Shown: positions 35,791 to 38,561 of the stretch, piece after piece
Layout: the number at the start of each line of letters is the position of its first letter
Position numbering within the stretch: position 1 is the stretch's first letter
Source: Patellaria atrata CBS 101060
Taxonomy: Eukaryota
NCBI GenBank assembly: GCA_010093705.1
Contig: MU006125.1
Coordinates: 19,050-57,610, forward strand
Reading direction: 5' to 3'
Length of the DNA stretch: 38,561 nt
The notes under the pieces: model-generated
Databases searched by the model: none
Seen by the model: the letters and a program-made list of their open reading frames with translations, nothing else
What the model was told of the DNA's origin: nothing
Translations under genes and position numbers: made by a program

Positions 35791-37246
35791 TTACTCTAGT
35801 AGACGAACCAGCTCTTTCTTGCTTAATCTCTCATCGAAGTCGATGCCACGCCCACGTAAGATATCTCTAAGCTTCGTTGCTTTCCACTTATTGTAACTGG
35901 TGTGATTGTAGGTTTCAGTGAACAATCTATAACTATTCTCAAGCCGATCTGTCTCAGACGCGGTGAAAACTAGCTTGCCGTTAAGCAGACATCGTGCTAG
36001 AAAGGCGAGTGTACTACTATATAAGTTCTCGTTAGAAACTTCTGGCATGTCTCGTTGCAATCTAACGGCTTCTAAAGTATCTCCAAATGTTGTAGAAGTG
36101 TATATCTAGCCCCCAACAGCTAAGCAATCCTCTGGGCTGTAAACGGCATGGGGACAATTCGGAGGCATAACACTATGAATACGTTAGCGGGCATCTATAA
36201 GTTTCTCAGTACGGTGCTCAGGACATTATATCACCCCGAGTTAGTTGGATTTTGCTCCAACCGCCCGGGTAGTCTTCTGGAACCAGTGACCCTACTTGAC
36301 CTAACCGACACGTCGTTTCGGAGGATATATACCGCGGAAAGTACCATATCTTCTTACCACGCAGAATTCTTACCCACGTGACAGGCCCGCCAGTATCCAC
36401 ATGAATAGGAGATACCGCATATCGCTGGGATAGAAGAAAGAATTCTTTGAGTGGCCTCTGCTCCCATGTGGAAGCGGTTTTCCCTACATTTGAATGGTTG
36501 TGAGCATTCAACTTCAGTTCCAGCCGATTCCCCAGGTCTGCCTTGATAATCGGTGCCGGGGAGAACTGGAGTTTGGTCCGGTTTTCGATATCAAGAAAAT
36601 TAAGCCTAGTTGTGGTATTTTCTCCACTGAAAGCGTGTAGCATCTCTTTGGTCGTCGTACGGCGCGTTCTCTGTGCTGATTCTTCGACCTAGTAATCATA
36701 GACATCGATTGTTGCCTCCGTACTCTCATGGAAGAATGATAAGAAATCCTGGATACTTAAATTATAAGGTAGTATATCTGGCTGGTACTGGCCGCTTCTA
36801 TAGATTATAGGTGTAGTGAATCTACTATATAGAGTGCTATATAGTGACGGTGCATCGTAAATCCTGATTGCATCATAGTTCTGAGGATATTCATCCTGCA
36901 TCATTGAGAAATGTGAGACAGCTTCAATCCTATGCATAAAATCGCGTAGCTCTGAAGGGCCTAGATTACCAAGAGTAGGAAATCCAATATCGTACTGTAG
37001 CTGTTACGAGTTGTTGAATGTTGGAGAGCCTGAACGGTTTCGCTGCTCGCATGGTAATTTCTCTGGGGCCGAAGATGACTCTATAACCACTTCGGAACAT
37101 AGGTGGTGCCTGTTTCGAGATTCTACATAGACTGTGTTGCAATTTATGCAGGTAATGTGGGGTTTACATCTGTGTTTCCAGATGTTAGACCGAGTAATAG
37201 AGGCACTGCAACCTGGAATACCGCAAGAAACCTTATCCTCAACCAT
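35791..37246 (-). pseudogene. Cys/His-rich N-terminus + JmjC + SAP/HeH-like C-terminus; three in-frame stops
   Basis: ORFs starting at 37246, 36937 and 36643 share one frame, broken by TAA 37004 and TAG 36689. JmjC HVD..W....GKKIW, then after an intron MPPNCPHAVYSPEDCLAVGG*(36106). Tail KLRDILRGRGI..SKKELVRLL. Confidence 0.88.
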
Positions 37247-37262
37247 AGTCTAAAAAGCGTCT

Positions 37263-37471
37263 ACGACAGGGACGATAGGGACGAAGGGACGACAGGGACG
37301 ACAGGGACGACAGGGACGACAGGGACGACAGGGACGACAGGGACGATAGGGACGACAGGGACGACAGGGACGACAGGGACGACAGGGACGATAGGGACGA
37401 CAGGGACGATAGGGACGACAGGGACGACAGGGACGACAGGGACGATAGAGACGACAGGGACGACAGGGACG
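37263..37471 (+). repeat. 9-bp minisatellite (ACGACAGGG)n, ~23 copies
   Basis: Direct tandem array; variants are mostly ACGATAGGG. Confidence 0.97.
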
Positions 37472-37902
37472 AATTTCTAGGGAATTAGGTTACAAGCTAG
37501 TAGAGGATAACTCCTTAAAATTGAGGGCTATATAGGGCGCCTAAACGAGTGCGAGTAGTTCCGAAACGCTGGGCGCTTCCCACCTGGCATAAGAGGTACC
37601 CTTGGTAGAAGGCGGTTAGCAACGGAAGTGGTAGGAGTGCAAACCGCTAATTACTTCTTCCTAAGAAATTAAGGACCCGGCGAAAAAGTAACATGCTCTA
37701 CTTACTCCTTACGAATTTGACCGCTCTGGCTTCGTCATGTCCTTTATTGAGCCATTCAATTATCAGATTCAATCGATATAAACGAAGTCGATACCGCCTT
37801 AAAATAATATGAATCATCGAGTTATTTCACAACCTGTTTCGTCACGAACAAGAAATAAATGCGCGCCAGAAACTGTCAGATAGCTGATCCCCGATAGCCT
37901 TA

Positions 37903-38561
37903 TGTTGGAAGATCGTCAGGATCTCCAGGAGTTCGTGTTGGAGATCTTCAGAGCTAAATGCTCAGCTCCGACTTATCGGTTAAGTATCACCAAAACTATA
38001 ACATTAGCTCACTCTTTTGATGTCATCTCTTATTTTATATCTGACGTAGGTAGTATCGTTATGTTCGCCTTGATTTGGAGATTACGTAGCTAGGCTTCGT
38101 GACGTCAAAGGGTTAATCAATAAGGTGGTCTGTCATTATATAAACACTAGATAGAATCCGTAGTTGTACGGAGAAGGAAGCGACTACATTCAGTTACCCA
38201 CAATCTCACAGTTATGAGCCCGGCTTGCACGTAGCTTTGAGAGATCAGCTGAGATTTTCCGATATTTTAAGCATTATCTTTATCAGTCTTTTGACTCCTT
38301 TTACCCTTGTGGTGGTGCTTTTACTGCTCCATCTACTTTTGGATATATCTTTGCTTAAATATACTCCTATCTCTTCTGGTTTTAAGCTGTCTGCTTGCCA
38401 ATATGTCGTCTTCAACCCTTACCTCGAAGTCTTCCATTATACTGAACTCGTCTTCCGATTGGAACACGTGGATTGGTCTGATCAAAGGAAAAGCTGAAGC
38501 TAGCAAAGTATGGAAATACGTAAATCCTGATATAGCGGAACCCCCTGAGATCGACCAGCCA
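37903..38561 (+). mobile_element. 5' end of Ty1/Copia-like retrotransposon: LTR (~37903-38210), PBS-like site, gag from 38403
   Basis: TGTTGG...CA followed by GTTATGAGCCC. ORF MSSSTLTSKSSIILNSSSDWNTWIGLIKGKAEASKVWKYVNPD resembles a fungal Copia gag N-terminus and is open to the window end. Confidence 0.8.

Noticed and set aside
37103..37480. (TTG)n antifreeze/mucin-like ORF
   Set aside because: By-product of the 9-bp minisatellite; non-ATG start and overlaps the JmjC gene antisense.

Overview
Fungal (filamentous ascomycete) accessory-type DNA, judged from short GT-AG introns, RIP-type CpA>TpA / TpG>TpA damage and LTR debris; there is one 621-nt assembly gap. The window opens inside a HET-NACHT-WD40 (NLR-like) gene. 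The main unexplained structure is two nested pairs of inverted repeats sharing one 81-bp hairpin-forming core. The inner pair (~158 bp, 6112-6269 / 27932-28088) brackets ~22 kb of genes. The outer pair (2843-2957 / 31188-31426, right arm split by a solo LTR) brackets ~28.6 kb. I see no transposase or recombinase. Enclosed genes include an FHA-kinase-KilA-N-like-Zn2Cys6 fusion, a coiled-coil/chromo-like protein, a cupredoxin-like surface protein with a RIP-killed tandem copy, a C2H2 factor, FunK1 and AAA fragments, several orphans and a 237-bp near-perfect palindrome. Beyond the gap are a Zn-JmjC-SAP-like gene broken by three in-frame stops, an inverted copy of its 3' end, a 9-bp minisatellite and the 5' end of a Copia-like element. 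All domain calls are by-eye motif recognition, not database searches.
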